From the human T2T-CHM13v2.0 reference genome, Homo sapiens: DNA of 64,000 bases. The translations under genes were made by a program, and so were the position numbers. The stretch lies in NCBI RefSeq assembly GCF_009914755.1, contig NC_060930.1. One strand, given 5' to 3'. Positions 13,397-40,641 of this stretch are shown in pieces; position 1 is the first letter of the stretch, and each line of letters begins with the position of its first letter. The notes beneath the pieces were generated by a model, which worked only from the letters and a program-made list of their open reading frames with translations, ran no database searches and was not told where the DNA came from.

Positions 13397-14017
13397 AGAT
13401 CGACGCTGCCTCCCCAACTCAGCTGTTGAGGTTTGGGGGTGGGGCGGGGAGAGGAGAAGGCCGCGACAGAGGAAGAAGGAAGCGGGGGAGGAGGAAGAAG
13501 GATGCGGCGGAGGAAGAAGGATGCGGCGGAGGAAGAAGGAAGCAGCGGTGGAAGAAGGAAGCGGTGGTGGAGCGGACACAGCGGACACAGCAGACACAGC
13601 AGCTCAGGCGGCGCCAGGTTCCTGGGAATGTCAGTGCGGCACGGTAGTTGGTGCGGATCCCGCGGAGCTTGGAGTTAAATTAAGGAAGAATAAAAGAGAT
13701 GAACATCTCTTAAAGAGAAGGAATGTACCACATGAAGATATCTGTGAAGAGTCTGATATTGATGGTGATTATAGAGTGCAAAGTAACTCTCTAGAAGCTA
13801 TTGTTCAAAATGTTTCAAGTGATAATCAACGAATTTAATTAAGTGCAGTTCAAGCTGCCAGGAAGCTTTTATCCAGTGATCGAAATCCACCAATTGATGA
13901 CTTAATAAAATCTGGAATATTGGCCATTTTAGTCCATTGTCTTGAAAGAGATGACAATCCTTGTTTACAGTTTGAAGCTGCATGGGCTTTGACAAATATT
14001 GCATTTGGAACTTCTGA

Positions 14018-14466
<449 letters not shown>

Positions 14467-15100
14467 AACATTCTTAAGAAATGTTACTTGGGTTATGGTC
14501 AACTTATGTCGCCACAAAGACCCACCACCACCAATGGAAACCATTCAGGAGATTCTTCCAGCCCTTTGTGTTTTAATTCATCACATAGACGTAAATATAT
14601 TGGTAGATACAGTCTTGATCCTCTCTTACCTTACTGATGCTGGCAATTATCAAATACAGATGGTAACAGACTCTGGAATATTTCCTCATTTGGCTTCCTC
14701 AGCCACCACGAAGTTAAAGTTCAGACTGCTGCACTTCGAGCTGTGGGCAACATTATTATGGGAACTGATGAGCAAACACAAGTAGTGTTGAACTGTGATG
14801 CCCTTTTACACTTCCCAGCACTCCTGACACATCCCAAAGAGAAAATCAATAAAGAAGCAGTGTGGTTCCTCTCTAATATCACTGCAGGAAGTCAGCAGCA
14901 GGTACAGGCAGTAATTGATGCCAATCTTGTACCAGTGACAATACATCTTTTGGATAAGGGGATTTTGGCACTCAGAAAGAAGCTGCTTGGGCCATAAGTA
15001 ACTTAAAAGTTAGTGGAAGGAAAGATCAAGTGGCTTACCTTATCCAGCAGAATGTTATCCCACCTTTTTGCAACTTGCTGACTGTAAAAGATGCACAAGT

Positions 15101-17654
<2,554 letters not shown>

Positions 17655-17763
17655 TGCAGAGGCAAAAAAAAAAAAAGATGCACAAGTTGTGCAGGCAGTA
17701 CTCAATGGACTAAGTAATATACTAAAAATGGCCAAAGATAAGGCATAAACCATGGACAATCTT

Positions 17764-18059
17764 TTTTTTTTTTTTTTTTCAGACGGAATCTCACTCTGTC
17801 TCCAAGCTGGAGTGCCATTATGCGATCTTGGCTCACTGCAATCTCTGACTCCCTGGTTCAAGCAATTCTCCTGTCTCAGCCTCCTAAGTAGCTGGGATTA
17901 CAGGCACATGCCACCATGCCCAGCTAATTTTTGTATTTTTAGAAGAGACGGGGTTTCACCACATTGGCCAGGATGGTCTCGATCTCCTGACCTCGTGATC
18001 CGCCTGGCTCGGCCTCCCAAAGTGCTAGGATTACAGGCTTGAGCCGCCGTGCCCCAGCC
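17764..18059 (-). mobile_element. AluS (AluSc-like) inserted in the KPNA4 retrocopy CDS
   Basis: Full dimer with poly(T). TSD core caatctt at 17757-17763 and 18063-18069. Subfamily suggested by ggccaggatggtctcgatctc together with ttcaagcaattctc. Confidence 0.92.
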
Positions 18060-18318
18060 AGGCAATCTTATAGAAGAAGATGGAGGGCTGGAGAAAATTA
18101 AACAACTTCAAAATCATGAAAATGAAGACATCTACAAATTGGCCTATGAGATCATTGATCAGTTCGTCTGTTCAGATGATAATTGATGAAGACCCTAGCC
18201 TTGTTCCAGAGGCAATTCAAGGCGGAACATTTGGTTTCAATTCATCTGCCAATGTACCAACAGAAGAGTTCTAGTTTTAGAAAGACGTCATGGAAGTTAG
18301 GTACAATGCAGCACTGAG

Positions 18319-18384
18319 ATATATATACACACATGTATACACATATATATACATATATGCATCTATATATATACACACATATAC

Positions 18385-18424
<40 letters not shown>
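18319..18424. repeat. Compound (TA)n/(CA)n microsatellite in the KPNA4 retrocopy 3' UTR
   Basis: Direct. A similar tract resumes at ~18605-18651. Confidence 0.9.
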
Positions 18425-18429
<5 letters not shown>

Positions 18430-18604
18430 ATGGAATACTATGCAGCCATAAAAAAGGATGAGTTCATGAAGCTGGAAACCATAATTCTCAGCAAACTATC
18501 ACAAAGACAGAAAACCAAACACTGCGTGTTCTCCCTCATAGGTGGGGATTGAACAATGAGAACACTTGGACACAGGGTGGGGAACATCATACACTGGGGC
18601 CTGT
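18425..18604 (+). other. 180-bp local duplicate of L1 sequence 17311-17490
   Basis: Shares a 21-bp deletion and private variants with the upstream L1. No poly(A), no TSD. Confidence 0.9.
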
Positions 18605-20484
18605 ATGATATATACATGTATGTATATGTGTATACATGTGTGTATATATACAAAGTTTTGATCCATCAAGCTTGGCTCGTGGGATCTGCTGCTGCATTAA
18701 ATATAAATAGGGAAATAAAATGTGAAGATTTCATTTGAAATCACAGAAAATGCCCAAATGAGGTCAAGATGGAGAATGGGTGCAAGTGAGAATGAGTGGC
18801 AAAATGTAATGGAAACTTCACATGAATGCTTATTTACGTTGTTCAAAGTAAAAAGGGCTACAGGTCACAGATCATCAGTGCCTGAGAAAGAACACTGACT
18901 TGCTTTATATCAATTGAGGGGAAAGTGCAGTACTGTGATCTTCAACCTTGTAAGCATAAAAGAGAATAGGCTGCCTGTATAAGTCAAAGGAAAATAGGCC
19001 AAGGCCTTGTTATGAAGCAATGTGTGAATGGACAATGTTGAATGAATGTCTGGGTCAGTGATGGAGAGCCAGGTTCGTCTTTAAAATCTAGGGCTCGTCA
19101 CTTATGAAGCAGACTCCTAGTACTGGAGTGACTCTATATGAGAGTGTGGTTGTGGTGCTGTATGTGAACTCATGTAAGCTTGATTCACCTTCAGGGGCTG
19201 ATAACAAACCTAGTAAATCATCAAAATGAGATAATAAGTGCTAATGTACACTGGACATGAAAACAAAGACTGGTTTAGCAGCAGACATTGGTTTACTCTA
19301 CAGCTTGTGTTTTCTATTTCCCCCTTTCCCACCTCCTTCCCCCTACCCAACTCCTTCTTTTTTTTTTTAGTTTTTATTTACCTAGTGTGCCTTTTTTTAG
19401 TTGCTTCTCAAGTCAGGAAACTTTACAGGAAGGATTCCCTGTGCATTTGCACCAGATGAATGTTTGATGCTATGAAAAACTTTCCATAGCATCAAAACTA
19501 ATTTGTGTAGATTTTTGCATAAAAAAATCATAAATTTCCCTCAAAGTAGACTGTGTTGCAGTACACAAGTTGCCATAATAGTAAAAAACAGTAAAATGTG
19601 CTTAAAAGGCCATCTTTTTCATTTTCAGAGATATCATAAAGATGTTTGCATGAGGTAAATCTATAGCATAGTTCATTTTTAGGTTTTGTTGAGTCCTGTA
19701 AAGAAGAAGAAAAAAAAGTTTCAGCTGTGGTAGAATACCATGCTGTGTTTAAATGTTACTTGTTTTCAAACTTTCTTTTCTATGAAAATGACATGGAAAC
19801 TTCTAAAATGGAATTTGGTGTATATGTACTGCTGAATAAAGACCAATGAAGAGGTTTGAGTAGATGTACAAATCAAGTAATGGTTTGAACACCTTTAATA
19901 ATATGCCTAATCTGTTCCATTGTTTCAGAATCTTTTTATCTTAGATGTAGGCAACCATGAACAATCTATTTTGAGCCCCTTTAGGGAGAAAACTTTGTAT
20001 TTTTAAAACTTGCATAAAAGTTATGCAAGTGGTTTTTATAAATCGGAATAATACCTCAGTTTTGATGTTATGCACACTAAATTAAATGTGACATAAATTA
20101 ATTTGTACAAAAAGAACTAGGTGGCTCATTGTAAGAAATCCTGTGCCTTCCCCTTTGAGCACAAGTGTTGCATGAACAACAGTTTGCTATAAGAAACATA
20201 CCAGATTAGCCACCATTAGCATCTATATCTACTTTGTGTTTAAAAATCAACTGGTAATTCTGAAACACTGTAGAATAGATAAAAATTATTTTGTGATCAT
20301 AACTCTTTGTTGAACTAGAGTATTTTTGCAACATTCCTTGTCATCAGAATAATGGTTAAAGTTTAAAACTAGAAGCAGCAGAAAACTAGCTTGTAAAATG
20401 TATCCAAGTAAAGTGCAGGCTAGGCTGTCTTGGGGAAATAAACATTAAAACTTAAAGCAATGTTAAAAAAAAGAAAAAGAAAGA

Positions 20485-20884
20485 AAAGAAAATGTGGCAC
20501 ATATACACCATGTAATACTATGCAGCCATGAAAAAGGATGAGTTCATGTCCTTTGCAGGGACATGGATGAAGCTGGAAACCATCATTCTCAGCAAATTAA
20601 CACAGGAACAGAAAACCAAACACCACATGTTCTCACTCATAAGTGAGAGTTGAACAATGAGAATACACAGACACAGGGAGGGGAACATCACACAATGGGG
20701 CCTATCAGAGGGTTGGGGGCTAGAGGAGGGATGGCATTAAGAGAAATACTTAATGTAGATGATGGGTCGACAGGTGCAGCAAACAACCATGGCACGTGTA
20801 AGCTATGTAACAAACCTGCACATTCTGTACATGTATCCCAGAACTCAAAGAATAATTTTAAAAAAAATCCTTCAACAAAAAAAC
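20485..20884 (+). mobile_element. L1PA8-like element, right part (3' UTR and tail)
   Basis: Resumes exactly at aagaaaatgtggcacatatacacc. Diagnostic aatgtagatga...aaaca.ccatggcacgtg. Confidence 0.9.
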
Positions 20885-22639
20885 ACTATAGAATCAATTT
20901 AATGTGGTTTCATGTCTGCAATATAGAGTTCAAAAACCCTATATTGCTTCAGCACAGAGATGAGGAAATAGTTGGCTTTTCTAGACCTATAAATGGATTG
21001 CTGAGAGAGAAGCTAGGTGGACCTGAGATTCCTTTGACAAGCAAGATTCTCCATCTGGATGGAGTAAACGGAACCTCTACAACAGGGCAGGTTAGAGCCC
21101 TGATGCAAGGGATCTAAGTATTGAGCTGCCAAAAAAGAGCATTGATGGCAAGAGCAGATTTTTCTCAAGTCATTCTAACAAATGGTGTTTTTGCTGTGTA
21201 ACACTGTAAACCTCAGCAATTAGGTGGTGGCTATTCTCCTCTAGTAGAGATTTAGTGGGATCAACAGGAGCTCTACTTCAAAGTCACACTAATTTAAAAT
21301 TATTCTCCAGAGCAGCCTACCAAGTCCCCTGGCTTATTCTTTTCTATTTAAGGGAGGAAACCCAACAGGATTAGGGAGTTTGACTGCCTGCCTAGAGTTT
21401 GACATTTTACACAGCCAAGAAAATAGGTTTGTTACTCTAAAAAGTCTCTCAGACTAAAATTAATTTGAGAACAAAGTTGAAATCTGCCTCCAACTTACTC
21501 TTTATTGTTACATTTCCACTGAAAATTTCATCTCCACTTTTTATATGTCCAATATATTTTCTACTTTATTTCTTCTCAAGATTCTTAAGGTCAAAAACCT
21601 TAAGAGCTAGATTATAATAAATGATGCTGAAATTATGTTAAACCTATAAAACCAAAGTCTGGCTAAACCTATGGTTTTACTAAAATAAATAAGTGGTTTT
21701 GTTAGCAAATTGCACTACATACTTAGAAAGAGTCAAGCCTTCTATTCTATTTAACACGGCTTTCATCTCTATCCCAACTGCCTTTCACTCTATCAACTAG
21801 AAAAAAACACCAAGTATACTTCTAGGGCTTTCTTGAGGTTCAGCAGTCATTCTCACAGTCATGAAACAGACTTTTTCCCAGGAGCCCGCGCGTCCTCAGA
21901 CTTGAAGATGTATCTGTTTTCTTTTCATGCCACTTTTTCATTCATCTTCACGAAGAGAAATAACAAGGAATAGCTTTAAGATAATAAACTTGCCCTTTTA
22001 CCTGTAGATTCACTTTGCCAAAATAAGAGACACAGAACAGACTAGCCAGGAAGATCCAACTTCTACTCGTTGCCTTGCTACCATAGGTATTTGATACCCG
22101 ATGGCTAGGTGGCACTGCACTCAACCAATATTCTAAGATGTTGAATGAGGAAATCAACAGCAGACCCAAGGCCTTCTATTTTTAATTTACTCTTCTTTGG
22201 GGCCTGTCTCACAGCTTTATGCATAGCACTCTCCCAGCTATCAGCCCACTCCCACCCTGGAATCATTGAGCTACGAAAGCCTGATGTCAGGCAATTGCTC
22301 GACCATCAGTTTTTACTGTGGACCTCCTAGTGAAAGCATTCCTAACCAAAGTGTTAGGACTCTTGTGTTGCTGTTCCTGATAATTCAAGGGTGATATACA
22401 CATAACCAAAGACACTAAAAAGTATTATAATGTGTACATTTCCCTCCCCAACCCTTAAATTCGTTGGGTGATTTATGTCCTGGGTGTATATGAGTGAATG
22501 ATATCAATCTCACACATACAGACGTCCATGTATACCTCCATCTGAGAAATGCTTGGTCCTTGCACCAAATACTAAGGAGGGCCCAATTCTTTACATGGTA
22601 AAGAGAAACCAGCTTTTCAGATGAAGGAAAACACAGGTG

Positions 22640-23600
22640 CAGAACATGGAGGTGTAAAATGATATGAGGAACTACAGCATATGTTGGGACATTTTTAAAA
22701 AAAAGGTAAAACCAGAGAAGTGGGCAAGGTCCAGATATGAAGCACCTTAAAAGCCATCTAAAGAGCCTGGAATTTATTCTTAGCTGTGAAGACTCAGGGA
22801 AGAGGTTAAAGTAATAGAGACATGACTGGATTTCTATCTAGGAAAGAACACTCTAACAGCAGCAAGGAGAATGGATTGGAGACCTGCAAGATTAAAGGAA
22901 GAGGTCTCAGAAGCTGCTGCAATAATCCAGGTATGAAATTAGGAAAGCCTAAAGTAAATCAGCAGCAGAAGAGATGAATAGGAGGGGTATAAAGGAGAGA
23001 TTTTGACTTGTTCTTAAATTAGGTTTTGGGGAAAAAAAGAGAAAGGCAGAGTCACAGAAGACTGTCAGTTTTCCAGTTGCATAAGGCAGTGTTTTATACC
23101 AAGGGAGACAATACAATAGGAAGAACATGTTTGGTTTGTGGGGGGAAAAATGAGCTCCATTTTGGACATAACAAATTTGAAGCAACTGTACAAAATACAA
23201 GTCAGGATAAACTGAAGGCAGTTAAATAAATCATTTTGGAGACTAGGAATGAAGCCTGGACTGGAGCTATGGATTTGGGTGCCAGATGCTTATCAGTGGC
23301 AGTCTGAACCAGAAGAATAAGTAAGATCTCTCGGGAAGCATGGAGAAAATAAGGCAGAGGATACAGCCTGGTCATCTCCCAACATTTTAGGGGCAAGTGT
23401 GGGAAGAGAAGCCAAGAAAAGTGACTGAGAAGAACAGAATATTCACCAGCTGAAGGAGGACCAAGGATCTGTGTCATCACAAAAAGACACTCCAAGGCTG
23501 GAATAAAACATGGCCAACAGAGCCAAATTCCACCAAGGACATAAGCAAAAGAGAGGATTTCTTTAGATTCAACAGTTTGAACACAGTCCTGAAAAGGGCC
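22640..23600. mobile_element. Degraded L2 (LINE-2) segment
   Basis: Purine-rich L2-like motifs (gctgctgcaataatccagg; tgagctccattttggacat). Approximate. Confidence 0.5.
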
Positions 23601-24079
23601 AAGAGGATTGGATCAAGTGCATAGGTGGGAAAATCAGTCTGGGGAGAAGAGATGCCTTGTCTTCCAGGATTAGTGATAAGATCAGAGGAGGCTGAGGGCA
23701 GAGAAAGGAAGTTTGCAGAGTGGACATAGGAAATTGAGGAAGTTTGTGCCAATGGACTCAGTTTGACTGAAGAGGCAGCTCTGGATACCTGCTGAGGGAA
23801 AATTAGGCAATAGTGAGGGAGGACTCTGAAGACAGCCAGTGATATTTGCAGAGGATGCTGTAGGAAATTCTTCCCTCCCCTGACACCACTTCCTTGGCAC
23901 CCACCTGACCCCATGCCTAACCCCATGAAACAGAAAACTATTTCAATTAATAAATTAAGTTAAATTTTAGATTTATTTATTCTCATTATTGAGTGCCTAT
24001 GTAGTGCAAGGCAATGTGGTGAACTCAGGAGATGTAAAGATTTCACAATGTTTGAAGAGCTGTAAATCCTCCCCACTGA

Positions 24080-24505
24080 AATTTTATCAGTTTGATGTCT
24101 ACTCATCTTCAGGTCTCATCTTAAAATGACACTTCCTCACAGGTACCAGTCCTCACTCCCTATACTAGGTTAGGGCCTCCTCTCCAACATTCTCAGCACG
24201 CCATATGCTTTTCCTTGGTAGCTCCTCCAGTAATAACTAAATAATTAGTTATAATCAAATAGGTAATATAAATATTAATTACATTACATATATAGTTTTT
24301 AATATCTATCTTCTTTGCCCACTAAATTGTAACCCCCACGAGATCAGTAAGCTAGTTATTGCTGGATGCTCAGCACCAACAAACAACATGATATTTATTA
24401 ATTCATTCATCCAATAAGTATTCAACCCCCCTATATAAGAGACATAGTGTACATAACAGACGCCCAGGAAATACTTGTTGAATTAATCAATGAATAAATA
24501 AATGA
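24080..24505. mobile_element. L2 3' end remnants
   Basis: tcttcaggtctcatcttaaaatgacacttcctc ... aatacttgttgaattaatcaatgaa terminal motif. Confidence 0.5.
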
Positions 24506-27108
24506 AGTTCTATAGGAAGATTCATTTCTTAAAAATAAAGTCTACTGAGTAAACTATAATCACAATTTGATATGGTACAAACTTAAGGGATTCCAAGTAC
24601 GGGGCACTCACTTGGTTGAATTTAAATGGGGAAAGCTAACTTTTGACAGAAATGATGATTTGGGGGGGAAAGTATGAATGTAGATTGGATGCTAAGAGGG
24701 TAGATGGCCCACAAAAGAAAATCTTATTACTTGAACCATTCTTCATAGGCTGGGCCTCACTGTGTACTACAGCAAAAGGAATAGAATGTCTCTTACCTTA
24801 ATTGGACCATGAATAATACTTCTGTTCTATTTCTAACCAAAAGTTTATATATGCTAGGTTATGGGATTGCTGGGGACTAGGACTCACAGTACAATTCTGT
24901 AAAAAGAAATATCATTATACTTTTGAATCTCTCAGATTTAATTGAAGTTTACAAATGAAAAATAGCTTTGTGTTACTACTCTGAAAAAAAGTATGATAGG
25001 AGCCCACCATGAGGAGCAGCAACATAAAAACAGCAAAATGATAAACATTACAGGTCCAGCCAGCTCAAATCTGTCTGTCTTGTAAGATACAGACTTGTGA
25101 ACATTTTCTTGGCATATCTGGTCTGTTTGAAGTAAATAGAGTGTAAAAAGGCCTTACCCATATTTTTTTTAATTCCATTGACCCTCTTAAAAAGACCAGT
25201 GAGTCTTTTAATAACTAAACAGTAAGTCTGGAAATCATACCTAATCCTAGGAAATTTTACACTGTTAGGGTGGCCTACAACAGCAAAGACTTTTTAAAAA
25301 CCTTTCCTGAAGTACCTTTTTGCAAATAAATCACCCTTGCAAACAACTTTTAAAATCAGGATACCTCCAATAGCAATGCCATTTGCCTTGCAAAAGTTTC
25401 CTTGGCTCTGGCATATTCACCCAGTCCAGGGTCTCTCTAAATTTCCATCCTTACCCATATTTCTAGTGTAGAGAAAAAACAAAACCTGTCATCATTTTCA
25501 TCTCCTGCCCCCAGCTCCTTCCAAAATCAAAATAAACAAACCAAAGCTAATTAAAGGAAAAGTCAGAGCTAGTGCTAACCTAGTATTCACTAAAATGGTT
25601 GTACCAGTTGTTAAAAAGTTGAAATATTTCTTCAACTTTCCTTTAAGAGTCCTCTTCCTTTCCAGCAACCCCATAATCTAGCAAATAAAAGGTTAATGAT
25701 TTGTACCTACAGAGATATCTGTTCTGACAAGTCAATGCCTTTACTGTTTATGATTATAGATAGAGATTGAAACGACAGAGAGCTATACATAGGTATATAA
25801 TATCATTCTTGGAAATAGGCAAACTACATTCACTCTTTCCAGCACCTACTTCCTTATTCCCTTTAGTTTCATCACAGTTCTCTCCTGTTCTTAAGCAAAC
25901 AGGTGAATTTCATAATTAAAGAAAGTAAGAAGCCAATGTATAAATAACCCTGTACTTCCACAGAGATGTATTAGAGCAGAGCTGGTACAAAAGATGACTA
26001 TTGTAAAGAAAACCCAACTTTTAATTTTCACTATGAAATTGAAGAAAATCTTCTAATAAACTTTGCTGTAGAGTTAAAAATCATGAGACAAAAGATTTTT
26101 AGACCCATGTGTGCTCAACACCTGAGGTGCGTGGACCTGTTTTCAACTTGCAGTGTTAATTCTCCTGATACTGTGAGGTTGCCTGACAGCTCACCTTCCT
26201 TTGTCAGTCCTTCCCAGGGTGTGTCTTCCACCCAGACTCCACCCTGTCACTCCTTAAACATGTCTCTCATGCTCTGTTAAAAGTTCCCAGATATTTATTT
26301 TCCTCTTCCTTTTATCTAGGTGTTTACAGTTTCTAAATGTGCCAGGGTATTTATCAAGAACAACCTATGAAAATGCTGGGAATTTGAGGCTGAATGTTAA
26401 TAAATGAATGAGTTCCCTTCAAGCAAAGAGCATGCCACTGTTCATGAACCACTGCTCACTTTTACACTACTCATCAACTGATAATTATTATGCAGTTGTA
26501 GCTGGATGGTCCTTGTGGAGCCTAAACTGACATGGGGCTGGATGTGGAGCCAGAGGTATTCCCTCACCCAGTGTCATATGGATGAGCTCATTGACATAGG
26601 GACACAGGGATCCCATGAGAAGACAGTCATCTTACGTTAAGAATATGGAAGAGAGACAGAGAAGACGAGGATAACGTAAGGAAGGACATAGCATCCACTC
26701 CAGCCCCACCTGAGAGGCTCCACTGGACCCTGAGGAGGGAAGGACCTTCCTTCTCTAAGGGAGCTCTGGAGCTGCAGTGAATGGCAGGGGGACCCTGTGA
26801 TCCTTTGGGGTGGACACATCAGCAGAAGGGCAAGGGCAAGATCCCTCCCTTAACTACCCTGTGAGCAGTGGACACCAACAGAGTCTCTGGAGAAGAAAAA
26901 TATGAGACACTTGGGTCCCACAAGCATAGAGAGAAACACATTAGGGCCTCCCAGAAATAACTAAAAAGGGATAAGAGAGGCCCTGTGGTCCCTCATGAGT
27001 AGGTGCAAGTAGGAACCAGAAGACACAGATTCTGGCTGTTCCTGTGACCTCTGTACACCAGGAGCTAGTGAGGCCTGGCAACATCATTCTGGGTTTCACT
27101 CAGTCACC

Positions 27109-27526
27109 TGCTAAAAGGAAAACCTTAGACAAATTACATTTAACATGGTTTAATTGAGCAAAAAAAACATTCAGGAATTGGGCAGTCCCCAAACCAGAAT
27201 ACATTCAGAGAGATTCCAGCACTGCCACATGGTTGAAGAAAATTTATGGACAGAAAAAGGAAAGTGACATACAGAAAATGGAAGTGAGGTACAGAAACAG
27301 CCAGACTGGTTACAGCTTGGTGTGTGCTTTAGTTAGTGTGTGCTTATTTGAACACGGTTTAAACAGTTGGCCGTCTTTGATTGGTCGAAACTCATTGACT
27401 GGCGCAAGAGTAGGTTATAGCCTGTTTACACATCCAGTTAGATTACAGTTCATTTTATACAGAGAAAACTTTAGGCTGAATTTAAAATATATAAGAAGGC
27501 AGCTGTAGGCTAAACTTAATTTAACA
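27109..27526 (-). mobile_element. MER57-family ERV1 solo LTR
   Basis: Reverse complement begins tgttaaattaagtttagcct.cagctgcc, the MER57 5' terminus as I recall it. Confidence 0.75.
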
Positions 27527-29629
27527 ACCTCCAGGTTAAGAAGCACCGTCATCATTTCTAACAATCTTCTGGGATGCAGGGAGGTGGAAAGGCATAGCAC
27601 ATACTTTTTATTTTTTACAAAAAGGCCCTAAGTGAAGACCCCATTCCAAGTCATTGGTCCACACATACACAGAACATCACTGGGGCTGCCAGGAAGGAAA
27701 CAGCAGTGCTGTTCAGGAGAGTCTGATGATGTCCCTGCCATGGGCCTCTGCTTTTCTGGATATGAACTCGGAAAGAACATTCCACACAATGGAAATGTCT
27801 GGACTTGTTCAGATGGTGTTGTCAGGGATAATTTTCCCCTTTATTTAAAGTAATGTATCTAAACTTTTTCTTCTCATTATTCCTCCCTCACCAGCTTTTC
27901 TTAAGCTTTTTTTTCTTATGCCCTCCCCAATGAAATGAAATTTTAATACCACAGATTTGCAGTACGTTTATGTACTGTATGTATAGTCGTACTTCATATA
28001 CTAAAAGCAAAAGTAAAAATTTTTTTGCCCACCAACAACAAATATTTACCACCTTGGGGGTGAGAATTCAAGATTTAGATTTATTTTACTTTCACAGCAT
28101 CTTGGGACCTAGGCCTGCAATCTTGTCCCATCTGAGACCCAGCTCATCCCCCACTGAAGCCAGCAGCACATACACCCCCGGGAGCCTGAAACTTTCCATC
28201 ATGCACGCAGCATTGTTACCCACGTGTGCCCAAACACCATGTGGGTTGTGGTTATTACATCCCCAAACCAGCCAGCTGCTGGTTGGCAGGTATTTCCAAG
28301 CAATATCCACTTTTGTTTTACTGCTAAATCACATGTGCCTCTCAAATGCAATCTACTACTACTTATTAATATAGTTAGATACATCCTGAGCTTTTCCAGG
28401 ACACCACAGTCTAATTACTTTACCCCCATGATTTGGAAAATCTAATTCCCCTTTTTATACCAAGGATACTTTTAAACTACATAGGCTCTCTGAAGTATCC
28501 CTTTATATAAAATTATTTAAAACTTACCAAATTCCAAACTCTCCGTTTTTCATAATCTACATGAACTGTCAAATCATTGGTGAAGGCGGCAAAAATGGCA
28601 AAAATAGTTTTGCTTATCTCCCCACTCACCACTCAAAGAAAGTAAACTTCTACCTTTTCACCATAGGCTCTAACAGTTCTCAAAAAGTAAATTTTTAAAT
28701 GGAAAAGGTGTTTTCCCATTATATTAAGCAGGGGGAATCATTAAACAGGTACCTACTACTCTAGGGGAAAGTCCACACATTCAATTCCAGTCATCATGAA
28801 ACAGAAATATCCTAAACAGAAACTTTATGCTACACCATGGCACCTTCAGCCTTCATTTAGTGGTCTCACCTTCTCAGTAAGTCCACTCCAAGGCTGCTGA
28901 TGGCATCCAATTAATCAAGCAAGTATTAGACTTTGCGATGGAGAGCAATGAAGTGCTAATGAGGACCACGTGCAGTTGTGAATGGCCTCCATCCATGTGA
29001 CCAGCCACGCCACCAAATGGAGAGGAATTGCTCAGGATGGAGCTATTAGGAATCTTAGAGAGCAACCCCAAGTAGTTACACTGTGTGTGTTTGATTGTGC
29101 CGTGGGCCTCCGAGAGATTCCAAATGAGCCACTGGTGGTTTGTGTCAATTCAATTTCAACACATGTTATTTTCAAAATCTTTTAAGGGGGTTTATAATTC
29201 ACTTATGGTGATTGTGGGCCCATTACACTTTGACACATAACAATCTAATAGTTCAATATATTAGGAAGAATGCATACATTAGAAAAGTAAACATATCCAA
29301 ATTAGTCACACTTGGGCCTTCCCACTTCAACTAATCATGGTCATTTGTGAACATGTCTGAAATATGCTTTGAAAGACTTGAATTCAAGGCCAACGTCAGC
29401 TTTTAATCAGTCCTTAAGATTCACACCTTTTCATTTTCATCAATAATTTATCAGCCTGACACCAATGGCATGTTGATATTCATGGCTTTTGTAGAATTTC
29501 TAACTCAATGTTTCTCAGTCAGGGGCATGCCTTTGAGTGGCCTTAGAGATTCTGAACATTGACACACTGATACCTACACCAGGACAAACTGAGTGAGCAT
29601 GGTCTGAGAGTGGGCTCTGGAATCCTTAT

Positions 29630-34464
<4,835 letters not shown>

Positions 34465-34479
34465 GAAGCTTGTGCATGC

Positions 34480-40641
<6,162 letters not shown>

